DNA of 64,000 nucleotides, from positions 18,212 through 82,211 of the forward strand of contig WGCU01000041.1 in NCBI GenBank assembly GCA_015493635.1, read 5' to 3'. The stretch is from Spirochaetaceae bacterium. Lineage in GTDB: Bacteria > Spirochaetota > Spirochaetia > B11-G9. Each line of letters starts with the position of its first letter. Within the stretch, counting starts at the first letter, position 1. Both the position numbers and the translations under genes were made by a program. Below are positions 1 through 9,696 of the stretch, one piece after another. The notes beneath the pieces were generated by a model. That model ran no database searches, had not been told where the DNA came from, and saw only the letters and a program-made list of their open reading frames with translations.

Positions 1-2001
1 GATGATTCCATGCAGGAACCGTCTGTTCTTCCTGCTGCGGTTCCCTATCTCCTTATCAATGGGGGAAGCGGTATTGCAGTAGGAATGGCAACAAACATTC
101 CACCCCATAACCTGCGTGAAGTTTCAGATGCGGTAAGTGCGTACATAGACAATGAAAACTGTACTATCTCCGACCTGATGGAGTATGTAAAGGGTCCTGA
201 TTTTCCAACCGCGGGAATTATATACGGCAGGAAAGGTATTCGTGATGCCTTTGAAACGGGAAGAGGTAAGATTGTTGTCCGTGCACGGTGCAGTATCGAA
301 ACGAATAAACGGGGCAGGGATGTTATTATCGTAACAGAACTTCCCTATGCGGTTAACAAGGCTAACCTCATTATACGGATCGCTGATCTCATAAAGAATA
401 AAAAGATAGAGGGGATTGCTGATCTGAGGGATGAATCAGACCGAAACGGGATGAGAATTGTTATTGAGTTGAAAAAGGGTACGATTGTCAAGGTTATATT
501 AAACAGACTCTTTTCCCATACTGCTCTGCAGCAGAATTTTAATGTTAATAATCTATCTCTTGTAAACGGCAGACCAAAATTACTTTCTCTCAAGGATATG
601 ATCCACTATTTTGTTCAACACCGGATTGAGGTTGTTACCCGGAGAACGAAGTATGATCTTAAAAAAGCTGAAGAGCGGGCTCATATTTTACAGGGTTTAA
701 AGATTGCTTTGGATAATATCGATGAAGTAATTAAAATCATCAAGGAATCGGGAAGCGTCAATAATGCCCGGGAAAACCTCATGGCACGGTTCAATTTTTC
801 TGAACGGCAGGCCCAGGCAATACTTGATATGCGGCTTCAGAAGATAACAAGTCTTGAAACAAAGAAAATTATCGATGAATTGAAAGAAGTCCTCGCTCTT
901 ATAGAATATCTCAAAGATCTTCTCTCTGATGAGCGGAAAATTCTGACGGTTATTAAAACTGAAGTAATGGAAATTCGAGATAAGTACGGAGATGACCGAC
1001 GGACAGAAATTGTACCAGACGAAGTAGAGCAGCTGAATATTGAGGATCTTATAGCAAAAGAGGATATGGCTGTTCTTCTGTCAAACAAGGGCTTTATAAA
1101 GCGGATTCCTGTTTCCGCATACAGGCTGCAGGGTCGTGGAGGAAAGGGTTCGTCCACGGCGACTCTTAAGAATGAAGACTTTCTTGAACAGATATTTATT
1201 GCATCAACTCACGACTACATTCTTTTTGTTACCAATGAGGGAAAGGCATACTGGATAAAGGTTCATGAAATACCCGAGGGTTCCAGAGCGGCACGGGGAA
1301 CCCAGGTAAAAGCTCTCCTTCAGTTATCAGCTGATGAAGAAATTACTTCAGTGGTTTCTCTGGAAGAATTTTCACATGACCAGTATATCTTTATGGCTAC
1401 CAGAAGAGGAGTAGTAAAACGGGTTCGTACGTATGAATTTAGAAATGCCCGGACAAAAGGAATTATAGCAATCAGACTTGACGATAATGACAGGCTTGTC
1501 AGTTCTGTTCTTACAACAGGTTCAGAAGAGGTTATCCTTATAACACGGAACGGATATGCTCTCCGGTTTCTGGAAACAACGGTACGAGCAATCGGGAGGG
1601 CCACCCGGGGTGTACGGGGGATATCCTTAAGTCCTGACGATGAACTTGCAGGTATTCTGAGGATTATACAGGATAACCATATTATGGTTATTACGGAAAA
1701 CGGTTTCGGCAAAAGGGTAGAATATCAGAATTTTACCCCCCATGGGAAAGGTACGAGAGGACAGATCGTGTATAAAACAAATGAAAGAACAGGTGAGATT
1801 ATCGGTGTCCTTTCGGTAAGTGAAAATGATGATCTTGTATGCATAACATCTCAGGGCAATACCATTAAAATACATGTTTCCCAGATTTCAATTCAGGGGA
1901 AAACAGCTCAGGGTGTTACCGTTGTAAATATTAAAAAACCAGATGTTCTTGTTGGTGTTGCAAAGGTTATAGGGGATCAGGAAGAAGAATCAGGAGAATA
2001 A
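1..2001 (+). CDS. gyrA: DNA gyrase subunit A, C-terminal part. The gene starts upstream of the window.
   Basis: Long ORF reaching base 1 with no start in the window. It has the GyrA-box motif AYRLQGRGGKGSS (QRRGGKG-like) and repeated beta-pinwheel blades (VVTxxGYxKR-like) typical of the GyrA C-terminal domain. The acidic tail ends in DQEEESGE. Confidence 0.9.
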   Translation, partial: DDSMQEPSVLPAAVPYLLINGGSGIAVGMATNIPPHNLREVSDAVSAYIDNENCTISDLMEYVKGPDFPTAGIIYGRKGIRDAFETGRGKIVVRARCSIETNKRGRDVIIVTELPYAVNKANLIIRIADLIKNKKIEGIADLRDESDRNGMRIVIELKKGTIVKVILNRLFSHTALQQNFNVNNLSLVNGRPKLLSLKDMIHYFVQHRIEVVTRRTKYDLKKAEERAHILQGLKIALDNIDEVIKIIKESGSVNNARENLMARFNFSERQAQAILDMRLQKITSLETKKIIDELKEVLALIEYLKDLLSDERKILTVIKTEVMEIRDKYGDDRRTEIVPDEVEQLNIEDLIAKEDMAVLLSNKGFIKRIPVSAYRLQGRGGKGSSTATLKNEDFLEQIFIASTHDYILFVTNEGKAYWIKVHEIPEGSRAARGTQVKALLQLSADEEITSVVSLEEFSHDQYIFMATRRGVVKRVRTYEFRNARTKGIIAIRLDDNDRLVSSVLTTGSEEVILITRNGYALRFLETTVRAIGRATRGVRGISLSPDDELAGILRIIQDNHIMVITENGFGKRVEYQNFTPHGKGTRGQIVYKTNERTGEIIGVLSVSENDDLVCITSQGNTIKIHVSQISIQGKTAQGVTVVNIKKPDVLVGVAKVIGDQEEESGE

Positions 2002-2021
2002 ATGTTTCACGTGAAACATTT
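2000..2021. terminator. Perfect 22 nt palindrome (AAATGTTTCAC/GTGAAACATTT) at the convergent gyrA/add junction. Candidate bidirectional terminator.
   Basis: Read directly: 2000-2010 is the exact reverse complement of 2011-2021. It spans the gyrA stop (1999-2001) and the add stop (2007-2009). U-rich tracts follow on both strands. Confidence 0.4.
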
Positions 2022-3059
2022 ATCCATTATCTGTTTCATCTGTTTCCAATGTTCGGTTTTCTCTTTATCAGAAAGAAAGGTAGCATATAGATTATTTTTC
2101 ATGAGAAGGAATATCTCTTCCAGTGAAAAAATATTGTTAGTGAGCAGATTATAGTACTCATCATCCAGTTCTGCACCAAAGATTGTGGGATCATCTGAGT
2201 TCACTGTTACGTACAGACCATTATCAAAAAAATGCCTAATTGGATGATTTTTATATGATGTAGCATATTTTCCGGTAAAGATATTACTCATGGGACATAT
2301 CTCAAGAGGGATCTGTTTCTTTGCAAGATACTGTTCCAGTTTCGGATCGAATTTAGCACTTATTCCATGTCCGATTCTGGAAACTTTTAAATCTTTCAGA
2401 GCACTCCATATTGACTCGGGTCCGACATCTTCACCGGCATGGGCAAGAACTTTCAAACCATGGGTTCTCGCCTTTTTGAAAACCTTTTTATAGTCACTGG
2501 CGGGCCCTTTGCTTTCAGCTCCGCCAAGTCCGATTCCCAGTATTGAGGGTTTGCGGTTTTTCAGGGTAAGGTTCAGATTATTCATGGCGTTTTCAGGTCC
2601 GAATCCTCTCGAGACATCAATAAGAAACTTTATTTCTCTGTTGTCCTCTTTCTGTATTAACTGCGCGCCATTATCGAGATGATTCATCATATCCGCAAAG
2701 GAAAAGCCGTTCATGACAAATTTTGAGGGAGCAAAGAATATTTCCGCGTAAAAAATATTATTCCGTTTCAGGTAATCACGGGTATCCTGAATAAGAAAGT
2801 CAAGATCATTTTCCGTACGGAAGCAGTTCTGAATAACATTCAAAAAAAGGTCAATAAAATCATCAAGATTCTTCACTTTGAATCTTTTTGAGATGTCAGT
2901 TTTAGTCTTAATACCGGGGAGGGTGATATTGTGTTTTTCTTTTAAGGACCAGATTGTATCAACACTGGCCAGCCCCTCTATGTGCAGGTGGATCTCGGTT
3001 TTGGGAATTTCCCTTATAATAGTTCTGTAATCATCTTTAAGCACGTCTTTAATCCGCAT
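2007..3059 (-). CDS. add: Adenosine deaminase family protein
   Basis: 350 aa. The N-terminal KTEIHLHIEG matches the adenosine/AMP deaminase metal-binding signature (HLHLDG-like). TIM-barrel amidohydrolase length, with a C-terminal SDDP motif (adenosine deaminase SDDP signature). Confidence 0.75.
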   Translation of the reverse strand: MRIKDVLKDDYRTIIREIPKTEIHLHIEGLASVDTIWSLKEKHNITLPGIKTKTDISKRFKVKNLDDFIDLFLNVIQNCFRTENDLDFLIQDTRDYLKRNNIFYAEIFFAPSKFVMNGFSFADMMNHLDNGAQLIQKEDNREIKFLIDVSRGFGPENAMNNLNLTLKNRKPSILGIGLGGAESKGPASDYKKVFKKARTHGLKVLAHAGEDVGPESIWSALKDLKVSRIGHGISAKFDPKLEQYLAKKQIPLEICPMSNIFTGKYATSYKNHPIRHFFDNGLYVTVNSDDPTIFGAELDDEYYNLLTNNIFSLEEIFLLMKNNLYATFLSDKEKTEHWKQMKQIMDKCFT

Positions 3060-3192
3060 TTTACCATCTTCTTGTTTTTATGATTAACGGCGGATACCGC
3101 TATAACCATTAGGGATAATTCCTTCCCTTCTCTTTAAGGATACTACAGTTTAAATTATTTTCAATAAAAAAAACATTAAATAAGGCAGAGAT

Positions 3193-3217
3193 AAAAAAAG
3201 CTCTCAATTAAGAGAGC
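3193..3217 (-). terminator. Rho-independent terminator downstream of the NifU-like gene
   Basis: GCTCTC-AATTAA-GAGAGC hairpin (3200-3217). On the minus strand it is followed by a U7 tract (plus-strand A-run 3193-3199). Confidence 0.5.
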
Positions 3218-3239
3218 TCAATACGGACCCGATGAGTAC

Positions 3240-3464
3240 TTATACAGCATCAACTGAAACAACTCCGGGGACAACATTTTTCAGGTATTTTTCAACACCG
3301 TCTTTAATGGTTATCTGAGACATGGGACATCCGAAACAGGCACCAGTCAGCCGGACTTCAACCTGGCCTTCGTCTGTGGCATTGATAAATTCTATATCTC
3401 CACCGTCTGCCTGAAGTGATGGCCGAATATCTTCAAGAGCTTTTTTGACTTCTTCAACATTCAT
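3240..3464 (-). CDS. NifU/Nfu-like Fe-S cluster assembly domain protein (74 aa)
   Basis: The short protein carries the CFGCP motif (LTGACFGCPMSQITIK) characteristic of the Nfu/NifU C-terminal domain. Confidence 0.7.
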   Translation of the reverse strand: MNVEEVKKALEDIRPSLQADGGDIEFINATDEGQVEVRLTGACFGCPMSQITIKDGVEKYLKNVVPGVVSVDAV

Positions 3465-3516
3465 GAGTAAACTCCTTCATGAGTAATATAGTAAAATACT
3501 CATAAATCGTCAAGTA

Positions 3517-3544
3517 TTGATAATAATTCAATATACTGTATAAT
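3517..3544 (+). promoter_or_regulatory. Sigma70-like promoter for parA (TTGATA-N16-TATAAT)
   Basis: TTGATA at 3517-3522, a 16 nt spacer, TATAAT at 3539-3544. The likely parA ATG (3552) lies about 7 nt after the -10, which implies a leaderless or near-leaderless transcript. Confidence 0.4.
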
Positions 3545-3551
3545 GCTTTTT

Positions 3552-4310
3552 ATGAGGGGAAAAATAATTGTTTTTGCAAATCAGAAGGGCGGTGTCGGTA
3601 AAACCACATCTGCGGTAAATATCGGTGCCTATGCAGCCGAAGCAGGGAAAAAAGTACTTCTTATCGATTTTGATCCTCAGGGTAATTTATCAAGCAGTCT
3701 AGGGGCTGATAAAACCAAACCCGGTATTTACCAGGCATTAACAGGTCAGATACAAATACAGGATGCTGTTCAGGAAACGACAGTGAGGAATCTGTACGTT
3801 GTATCCTCGGATATAAATCTTGCAGGAGCCAATGTTGAACTGATAGATGCAGATGAGAGAGAATATTTTCTTAAGAAAGTGCTGGAGCATGAAAGAGAAA
3901 AGTGGGATTATATTTTTATCGACTGTCCCCCTTCTCTTGGTATTCTTACGCTGAACGGGCTCACAGCTGCGCATCAGGTCATTATTCCTATGCAGTGTGA
4001 ATATTTTGCCCTGGAGGGGTTAACACTTCTCCTGAGGACCATTCAGCAGGTTCAAAAAACATTAAACAGTTCACTGAGCTTAGGCGGAATAGTTTTTACC
4101 ATGTACGATTCCAGAACGAGACTGGCCCATGAGATTGTTCAGGAAGTAACGAGTTATTTTAAAGATAAAGTATTCAGGACGGTAATCCCGAGAAATGTTA
4201 AGCTTTCCGAAGCACCTTCTCACGCGGTTCCTATCAATCAGTATAATACTACCTGTCTTGGAGCGGTTAGTTATGAGAAGTTAACGCAGGAGGTACTGCA
4301 GCGTGTCTAA
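3552..4310 (+). CDS. parA: Chromosome partitioning ATPase ParA/Soj
   Basis: Deviant Walker A KGGVGKTT in MRGKIIVFANQKGGVGKTTSAVNIGA. The ORF track start at 3543 adds 3 residues, and the ATG at 3552 is preferred. It is immediately followed by parB with a 4 nt overlap. Confidence 0.85.
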   Translation: MRGKIIVFANQKGGVGKTTSAVNIGAYAAEAGKKVLLIDFDPQGNLSSSLGADKTKPGIYQALTGQIQIQDAVQETTVRNLYVVSSDINLAGANVELIDADEREYFLKKVLEHEREKWDYIFIDCPPSLGILTLNGLTAAHQVIIPMQCEYFALEGLTLLLRTIQQVQKTLNSSLSLGGIVFTMYDSRTRLAHEIVQEVTSYFKDKVFRTVIPRNVKLSEAPSHAVPINQYNTTCLGAVSYEKLTQEVLQRV

Positions 4311-5172
4311 ACATGCATTGGGAAAGGGGCTTGGTTCACTTATTCCTCAAATTGAGGAAGAACAAAATAACGGTACCCGGGTTGAAAATATACCGCTGAA
4401 CCGTATCCATCCGAATCCTCACCAGCCAAGAAAGAAATTTAATGAGGATGCTCTTCGGGAGCTTTCCGCGTCAATAAAAGAGCAGGGTATCATTCAGCCT
4501 GTTATTGTTGAAAAAGAGGACGGCCGGTATACCATTATTGCCGGGGAGCGCAGATTCAGAGCCGCGCGTATGGCGGGCCTTTTCGAAATACCTGCTATTG
4601 TACGGGAGTATACTGAAGCTGAAAAACTTGAAGCGGCACTGATTGAGAATATACAGCGGGAAGATCTGAATGCCATTGAAGAAGCCCGGGGGTATCAGAT
4701 GCTTATGAATACCCTGCATTTAAATCAGGAAGAGGTCTCGGGGAAGGTAGGTAAGAAACGTTCCACCATAGCAAATAGTCTGAGACTGCTGAAGCTTCCG
4801 GAAGATATGCAGACGGCGCTTATTAACGGCGACATAACAGCAGGACACGCACGGGCACTTTTGGCCGTCCTTAATCCTTCTGATATGCGTATTCTCTACA
4901 GCCGTATCCTGCACGATGGCCTTTCTGTCCGGGAGGCTGAAGAGCAGGCGGCAGCCCTTAATAACGGTGTCCGTTCAAAAAAAGAGAACAATAAAGGAAC
5001 TGACAAACCTGCCGACCCTGAACTGCGGAGGATTGAACAGAAATTTATTGATGCGCTCGGTACAAAGGTTGCAGTAAAAGGGAACATCAAGAAGGGGAAA
5101 ATTGAAATTACCTATTTTTCTCTCGATGATCTTGAACGTATTTATGATATTTTAATGATTGGAGGCCATTAG
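4303..5172 (+). CDS. parB: Chromosome partitioning protein ParB/Spo0J
   Basis: ParB N-terminal box (IPLNRIHPNPHQPRKKF, GERRFRAA) followed by the HTH region. It overlaps the parA stop. Confidence 0.85.
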   Translation: MSKHALGKGLGSLIPQIEEEQNNGTRVENIPLNRIHPNPHQPRKKFNEDALRELSASIKEQGIIQPVIVEKEDGRYTIIAGERRFRAARMAGLFEIPAIVREYTEAEKLEAALIENIQREDLNAIEEARGYQMLMNTLHLNQEEVSGKVGKKRSTIANSLRLLKLPEDMQTALINGDITAGHARALLAVLNPSDMRILYSRILHDGLSVREAEEQAAALNNGVRSKKENNKGTDKPADPELRRIEQKFIDALGTKVAVKGNIKKGKIEITYFSLDDLERIYDILMIGGH

Positions 5173-5678
5173 GTAATCTCATAGGGGAGCGGAAAAAAAG
5201 CTCTAAAAGCTCCAAAAAGTTGATCTGCCTGTTTTCTCTTTGCCGTTCTGCTGAGAATGATGAATCGGCCGTCGATGATAAAGCCGATAATAAAGCGTTC
5301 CCGTGCGAGAAAGCCTGATGCGCCGTCTTTCTGTATTCCTGAGTGTACCCGCTGCTTTACCACAGCTGTTAAAGAGGAAAGCGGTACTATTTTCCGTGAT
5401 ATAAAAACTCCGAAACCTCTGTACATTGTAATTGATTCTTTTGTCTTGTCCATCATGATGGTATAACGGTACAGGCTGCCGCCGCAGACAAGAAGGGGAA
5501 GCAGAAAGATATTTATTTTTCCAAGAATAGAGGCTTCTCTGAAGTCGCTTAAAGAAAAATCAAAAAGAAACATCCCTGCCAGGGAAACAAGAAAAAAAAT
5601 AAAAACAAACCGGATAACGGGATTCATTTTATAGGTAAGTACACTTTCATCCCTGGATAACGTTACGGTAAAAAACAT
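5169..5678 (-). CDS. Small membrane protein with a bacterial PH-like (YdbT/bPH_2-like) domain
   Basis: Two N-terminal hydrophobic helices followed by a roughly 100 aa soluble domain. The composition resembles membrane-anchored bacterial PH domains. It sits convergent to parB and upstream of opp. Confidence 0.35.
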   Translation of the reverse strand: MFFTVTLSRDESVLTYKMNPVIRFVFIFFLVSLAGMFLFDFSLSDFREASILGKINIFLLPLLVCGGSLYRYTIMMDKTKESITMYRGFGVFISRKIVPLSSLTAVVKQRVHSGIQKDGASGFLARERFIIGFIIDGRFIILSRTAKRKQADQLFGAFRAFFPLPYEIT

Positions 5679-5681
5679 TGC

Positions 5682-6776
5682 CTATCCAACAATCTTTGAA
5701 CCCTTATAGAGCCAGCATTGTACACTGTGACCCTCTTTCGGTTCAAAAACGGGGGGCTCTTCAACCTTGCAGATATCCATACACTGGTTACAGCGGGGAT
5801 GGAAATAGCAGCCCTTCGGAGGAGAAACAGGGGAAGGTACATCTCCTTCAAGAATGATTCTCTGCCGTTTTGTATTGGGATCAGGAATGGGTACCGCGGA
5901 AATAAGTGCCTGTGTATAGGGATGAAGCTTGTCTTTGTAAAGTTTGTCCCGGGGTGCTTTTTCAACGATTTTCCCAAGGTACATAACTGCAACATCCTGA
6001 CAAAAATACTCAACAACTGATAAATCATGGGCAATAAACAGGTATGTAAGGTCAAAATCAGACTGCAGCTTTTCCAGAAGATCAAGTATCTGTACCTGAA
6101 TGGAGACGTCCAGGGCGGATACCGGTTCATCAAGAACAAGTAATTTTGGATTGAGAGAGAGTGCCCGGGCTATGCCGATCCGCTGCCGCTGTCCTCCTGA
6201 AAACTCATGGGAGTATCTGTTGATGTAGGAGGGATCAATACCTGTTTTTGCCATAAGATCCTGTATTATCTCTTTCCGCTCTTTTTTTGTTTTGTAAAGG
6301 TGGTGTATATCAAGCCCCTCACCAATGATATCTCCCACCGGTATTCGGGGATTCAGTGATCCGTAAGGATCCTGAAATACCATCTGGAACTCTTTTCTAC
6401 GCTTGTTGAGTTCTTTTTTGGGAAGTGAATACATGTCCATCCGCTTCCTTAACGTATGGAGCTCCCTCCTCTTTTCTGACTGCTCCGCACCGCTGAGGGT
6501 TTCAATCTCTTTTTTAAGATTCAGTACATGTTCGATATCCTCGGGGGATGTGTCAAAAAACATTTCTCCGCCGGTAGGTTTATAGAGCGCGGTAATTGTT
6601 CTTCCAGCAGTTGTTTTCCCGCAGCCTGATTCTCCGACAAGTCCGACTGTTTTTCCTTTGGAAATTTTTAGACTGATATCGTCAACGGCTTTAATGTATC
6701 CAACGGTTTTTCTTAATATTCCGGCTTTGATGGGAAAATATTTTTTAAGATTATATATTTCGACGAGATTACTCAT
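5682..6776 (-). CDS. oppF: Oligopeptide/dipeptide ABC transporter ATP-binding protein OppF
   Basis: Walker A GESGCGKTT, signature FSGGQRQRIGIARAL, and a C-terminal oligopeptide/dipeptide extension with a Cys/His-rich tail. It overlaps oppD by 4 nt. Confidence 0.8.
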   Translation of the reverse strand: MSNLVEIYNLKKYFPIKAGILRKTVGYIKAVDDISLKISKGKTVGLVGESGCGKTTAGRTITALYKPTGGEMFFDTSPEDIEHVLNLKKEIETLSGAEQSEKRRELHTLRKRMDMYSLPKKELNKRRKEFQMVFQDPYGSLNPRIPVGDIIGEGLDIHHLYKTKKERKEIIQDLMAKTGIDPSYINRYSHEFSGGQRQRIGIARALSLNPKLLVLDEPVSALDVSIQVQILDLLEKLQSDFDLTYLFIAHDLSVVEYFCQDVAVMYLGKIVEKAPRDKLYKDKLHPYTQALISAVPIPDPNTKRQRIILEGDVPSPVSPPKGCYFHPRCNQCMDICKVEEPPVFEPKEGHSVQCWLYKGSKIVG

Positions 6777-7759
6777 GTAGTATGCTCCTGACGGTATAGA
6801 TGACAGCGGACAAGATGTCCATCATTATCTAAAGATATAATTTCGGGAAGTTCATTCTCACATTTTTCCATTGCTTCGGTGCACCGGTTAAAGAACGGGC
6901 ATCCCGGGGGGAGGTCTATAAGATTCGGTACTGTACCTCTGATGATGTGTAATTTTTTATCAGGTTTTCCAAGAATGGGAATGGATTTTAACAAACCTTT
7001 TGTATAAGGATGCTTCGGATTGTTAAAAAGAGTTTTTACATCAGCACTTTCAACGAGCTTTCCCGCATACATAACAACTACCCTGTCCGCGTTCTCGGCA
7101 ATAACCGAGAGATCATGAGTAATAAGGAGAACTGCTGAATGAAACTGATTATTCAGCTTTTTTATTAAATCCAGTATCTGGGCCTGAATTGTTACGTCAA
7201 GGGCTGTTGTAGGCTCGTCAGCGATCAGCAGAGAAGGATTCTGTATAAGGGCCATGGCTATAATAATCCGCTGCCGCATACCCCCTGACATCTCATGAGG
7301 ATATGACCGTGCCCGCTTTTCCGGTTCGGGAATACCAACAAGTTTAATCATTTCCACTGCCTTTTCCCACCGTTTCTTTTTATCTAAATCGGTATGAAAT
7401 TCGAGTACCTCAGCGATCTGATCACCTATTCTGGAAACGGGGTTCAACGCTGTCATGGGTTCCTGAAAAATCATGGTAATTTCATCTCCCCTGATTTTCT
7501 GCAGTTCTTTTTCAGACATTTTTAGAAGATCTTTCCCCTCAAACAGGATCTGTCCCCCCTCAATTTTTCCGGGCGGAACAGGTACAAGACCCATAATTGA
7601 CAGGCTGGTGACAGATTTACCGCATCCGGATTCACCGACAAGACCGAGAATCTCACCGTCCTTTATGGAAAATGAGACATCATCAACTGCCCGTACCGTC
7701 CCCTCTTCGGTATGAAAATATGTTTTCAGGTTTTTAATTTCCAGTATCGTATTATTCAT
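6773..7759 (-). CDS. oppD: Oligopeptide ABC transporter ATP-binding protein OppD
   Basis: Walker A GESGCGKS, signature MSGGMRQR, Walker [13 protein letters not shown], and the C-terminal Opp-type extension. Confidence 0.8.
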   Translation of the reverse strand: MNNTILEIKNLKTYFHTEEGTVRAVDDVSFSIKDGEILGLVGESGCGKSVTSLSIMGLVPVPPGKIEGGQILFEGKDLLKMSEKELQKIRGDEITMIFQEPMTALNPVSRIGDQIAEVLEFHTDLDKKKRWEKAVEMIKLVGIPEPEKRARSYPHEMSGGMRQRIIIAMALIQNPSLLIADEPTTALDVTIQAQILDLIKKLNNQFHSAVLLITHDLSVIAENADRVVVMYAGKLVESADVKTLFNNPKHPYTKGLLKSIPILGKPDKKLHIIRGTVPNLIDLPPGCPFFNRCTEAMEKCENELPEIISLDNDGHLVRCHLYRQEHTT

Positions 7760-7771
7760 TTGATTCCGCCT

Positions 7772-8671
7772 TTAGACAACATTTTTCAGCTTGGGATCGA
7801 GAGAATCTCTCAGCGCATCGCCGAAGATATTAAGACTGACAAGGAACAGGAACATAAACAGTGTCGCGGCAATAAGGTTCTGCCAGTTGCCGCTCATAAG
7901 TTCCAGTTTGGAATCGTCGAGCATTGTACCCCAGGTAGGAACACCTATAATGGACAGTCCCACGTATGCCAGGAAAACCTCGGATTTAATTACTCCGACA
8001 AAATTAAGAACAAACCGGACAATGATAAAATGAAATACATTGGGAAGAATGTGGCGGAAGATAATTCTGAAATCTCCTGCACCGAGATTCTTTGCGGCAA
8101 GAACGTACTCAAACTCCTTAGCCTGCATAAAAGAACCCCGTATAACTCTGGCAAGCCCCACCCATCCGGTAACGGCAAAGGCGAAGGCTATGATAAAGAA
8201 GCTCCTGCCGGCAACCTGTATCAGGCTTAAAATAATAAGCATCCCCGGTATGGCAACGATAACACTCATAATGTACATGGCAACATCATCAAACCAGCCG
8301 CTGTAGTATCCGGAAAGGGAACCGAAGAAAATTGCAATGGGAATCATGAGAAGTCCCGAGACAAATCCCAGAAACAGCGATATTTTTGTTCCCATAATTG
8401 CCCGAGAGAGTACGTCTCGTCCAAAATTATCAGTTCCGAAGAGATGTTCGATATGGGTAAAGGGTTTCATGTATCTGAGATCAAAATTATTGTTTGAAGC
8501 CATGTCCTTAATATGAAAAATATTGAGTTCACCCATCAATGCAAGCAGTATATATAGAATAACTACAAGCAAAGCGGCCATGGCAAGGCGGTTTCTCCAG
8601 AGTCTGAGCATGGAGAGGGTGAAGGGGCTTTTCCCTTCTCTGTACGATGTGGAAACGGTTTTTTCTAACAT
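7772..8671 (-). CDS. oppC: Oligopeptide ABC transporter permease OppC
   Basis: Polytopic binding-protein-dependent permease. The preferred start is the ATG at 8669-8671, which has a GGGAGGA Shine-Dalgarno sequence 5 nt upstream. The ORF track start at 8746 would overlap oppB. Confidence 0.75.
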   Translation of the reverse strand: MLEKTVSTSYREGKSPFTLSMLRLWRNRLAMAALLVVILYILLALMGELNIFHIKDMASNNNFDLRYMKPFTHIEHLFGTDNFGRDVLSRAIMGTKISLFLGFVSGLLMIPIAIFFGSLSGYYSGWFDDVAMYIMSVIVAIPGMLIILSLIQVAGRSFFIIAFAFAVTGWVGLARVIRGSFMQAKEFEYVLAAKNLGAGDFRIIFRHILPNVFHFIIVRFVLNFVGVIKSEVFLAYVGLSIIGVPTWGTMLDDSKLELMSGNWQNLIAATLFMFLFLVSLNIFGDALRDSLDPKLKNVV

Positions 8672-8681
8672 TACGTCCTCC

Positions 8682-9632
8682 CTAACTAAGCCGTATTCGC
8701 GGATCAACAAAAGCATACAGAATATCTGTAAGCAATGAGAAAACAACGAAAAAGAGTGTATAAACCATAACGATTGCTTTGAGAACCGGAAGGTCGTAAT
8801 TAAAGATGGCGGTAACCATGAGACTCCCTATCCCGGGTATGCTGAAAAACCGCTCCAGCATAATTGAACCGGTAAGCAGGAAGGGAATCTGAATGACAAC
8901 GTAGGTCAAAATAGGTATCATGGCATTTTTCAGCACGTGACGGAACATAATTGTTGTTTCATTCAGACCTTTTGCCCGGGCAGTCCGTATATAATCCTTG
9001 TGGACTTCTTCCAGGAGAGCTGTTCTAAAAAAACGGATATCATATCCGACGGATACGGTAACCCAGAGAAGCCACGGAAGCATAAGGTACCGAACCGCAT
9101 ATATGCCCCGCTGCCAGCCGGAAATGGGAAAGAGGTGGAGACGGTAGGAAAGAAAATATTGACCAACCATTATAAGAACAAGCATGGAAATTGACATTCC
9201 TATGACCGATAAAATGGTTAATAGTTTATCAATAAATCTTCCTCTGAAAAATGCACACAGAGCGGCAAGAACAAGCGAAATAATAATCTCCATGGTAAAT
9301 GCCGGAAAGGTTAGAGCGGCAGAGACGGGAACCATTCTCTTTATAAGACGGGTAACGGGAAGTTTTCTGCTTTCTGATTTCCCGAAGTTAAAGGTAACCA
9401 TCTGTTTTACGTAATCAAGGTACTGGGCAACGAGCGGTTTATCAAGACCGTATTTATGACGGTAAACTTCAATCTGATCAGCTGTCCGGACTTTTTTGGG
9501 AAGCATATTGTAAAGGTACCGGTCCTGCCCGCCTACAACGTTGAATATGAGAAAGAATATCATTGCAGCACCCAGCAAAATCGGAATTAAATAGATCGTA
9601 CGGCGGATTATGTAATGAATCATTGTTTTCAC
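8682..9632 (-). CDS. oppB: Oligopeptide ABC transporter permease OppB
   Basis: 316 aa with a 6-TM permease layout, and position within the oppABCDF gene order. Confidence 0.8.
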   Translation of the reverse strand: MKTMIHYIIRRTIYLIPILLGAAMIFFLIFNVVGGQDRYLYNMLPKKVRTADQIEVYRHKYGLDKPLVAQYLDYVKQMVTFNFGKSESRKLPVTRLIKRMVPVSAALTFPAFTMEIIISLVLAALCAFFRGRFIDKLLTILSVIGMSISMLVLIMVGQYFLSYRLHLFPISGWQRGIYAVRYLMLPWLLWVTVSVGYDIRFFRTALLEEVHKDYIRTARAKGLNETTIMFRHVLKNAMIPILTYVVIQIPFLLTGSIMLERFFSIPGIGSLMVTAIFNYDLPVLKAIVMVYTLFFVVFSLLTDILYAFVDPRIRLS

Positions 9633-9696
9633 CTGGTAATATAGGATAAGGAAGATCCCGATTTCCCGGGATCTTCCATTAAGAAAGGACTAACGT

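Noticed and set aside
7712-8306. Antisense ORFs of 172 aa and 88 aa inside oppC/oppD
   Set aside because: They sit entirely within well-supported transporter genes on the opposite strand. Composition is low-complexity and there is no ribosome-binding site. These are typical shadow ORFs.
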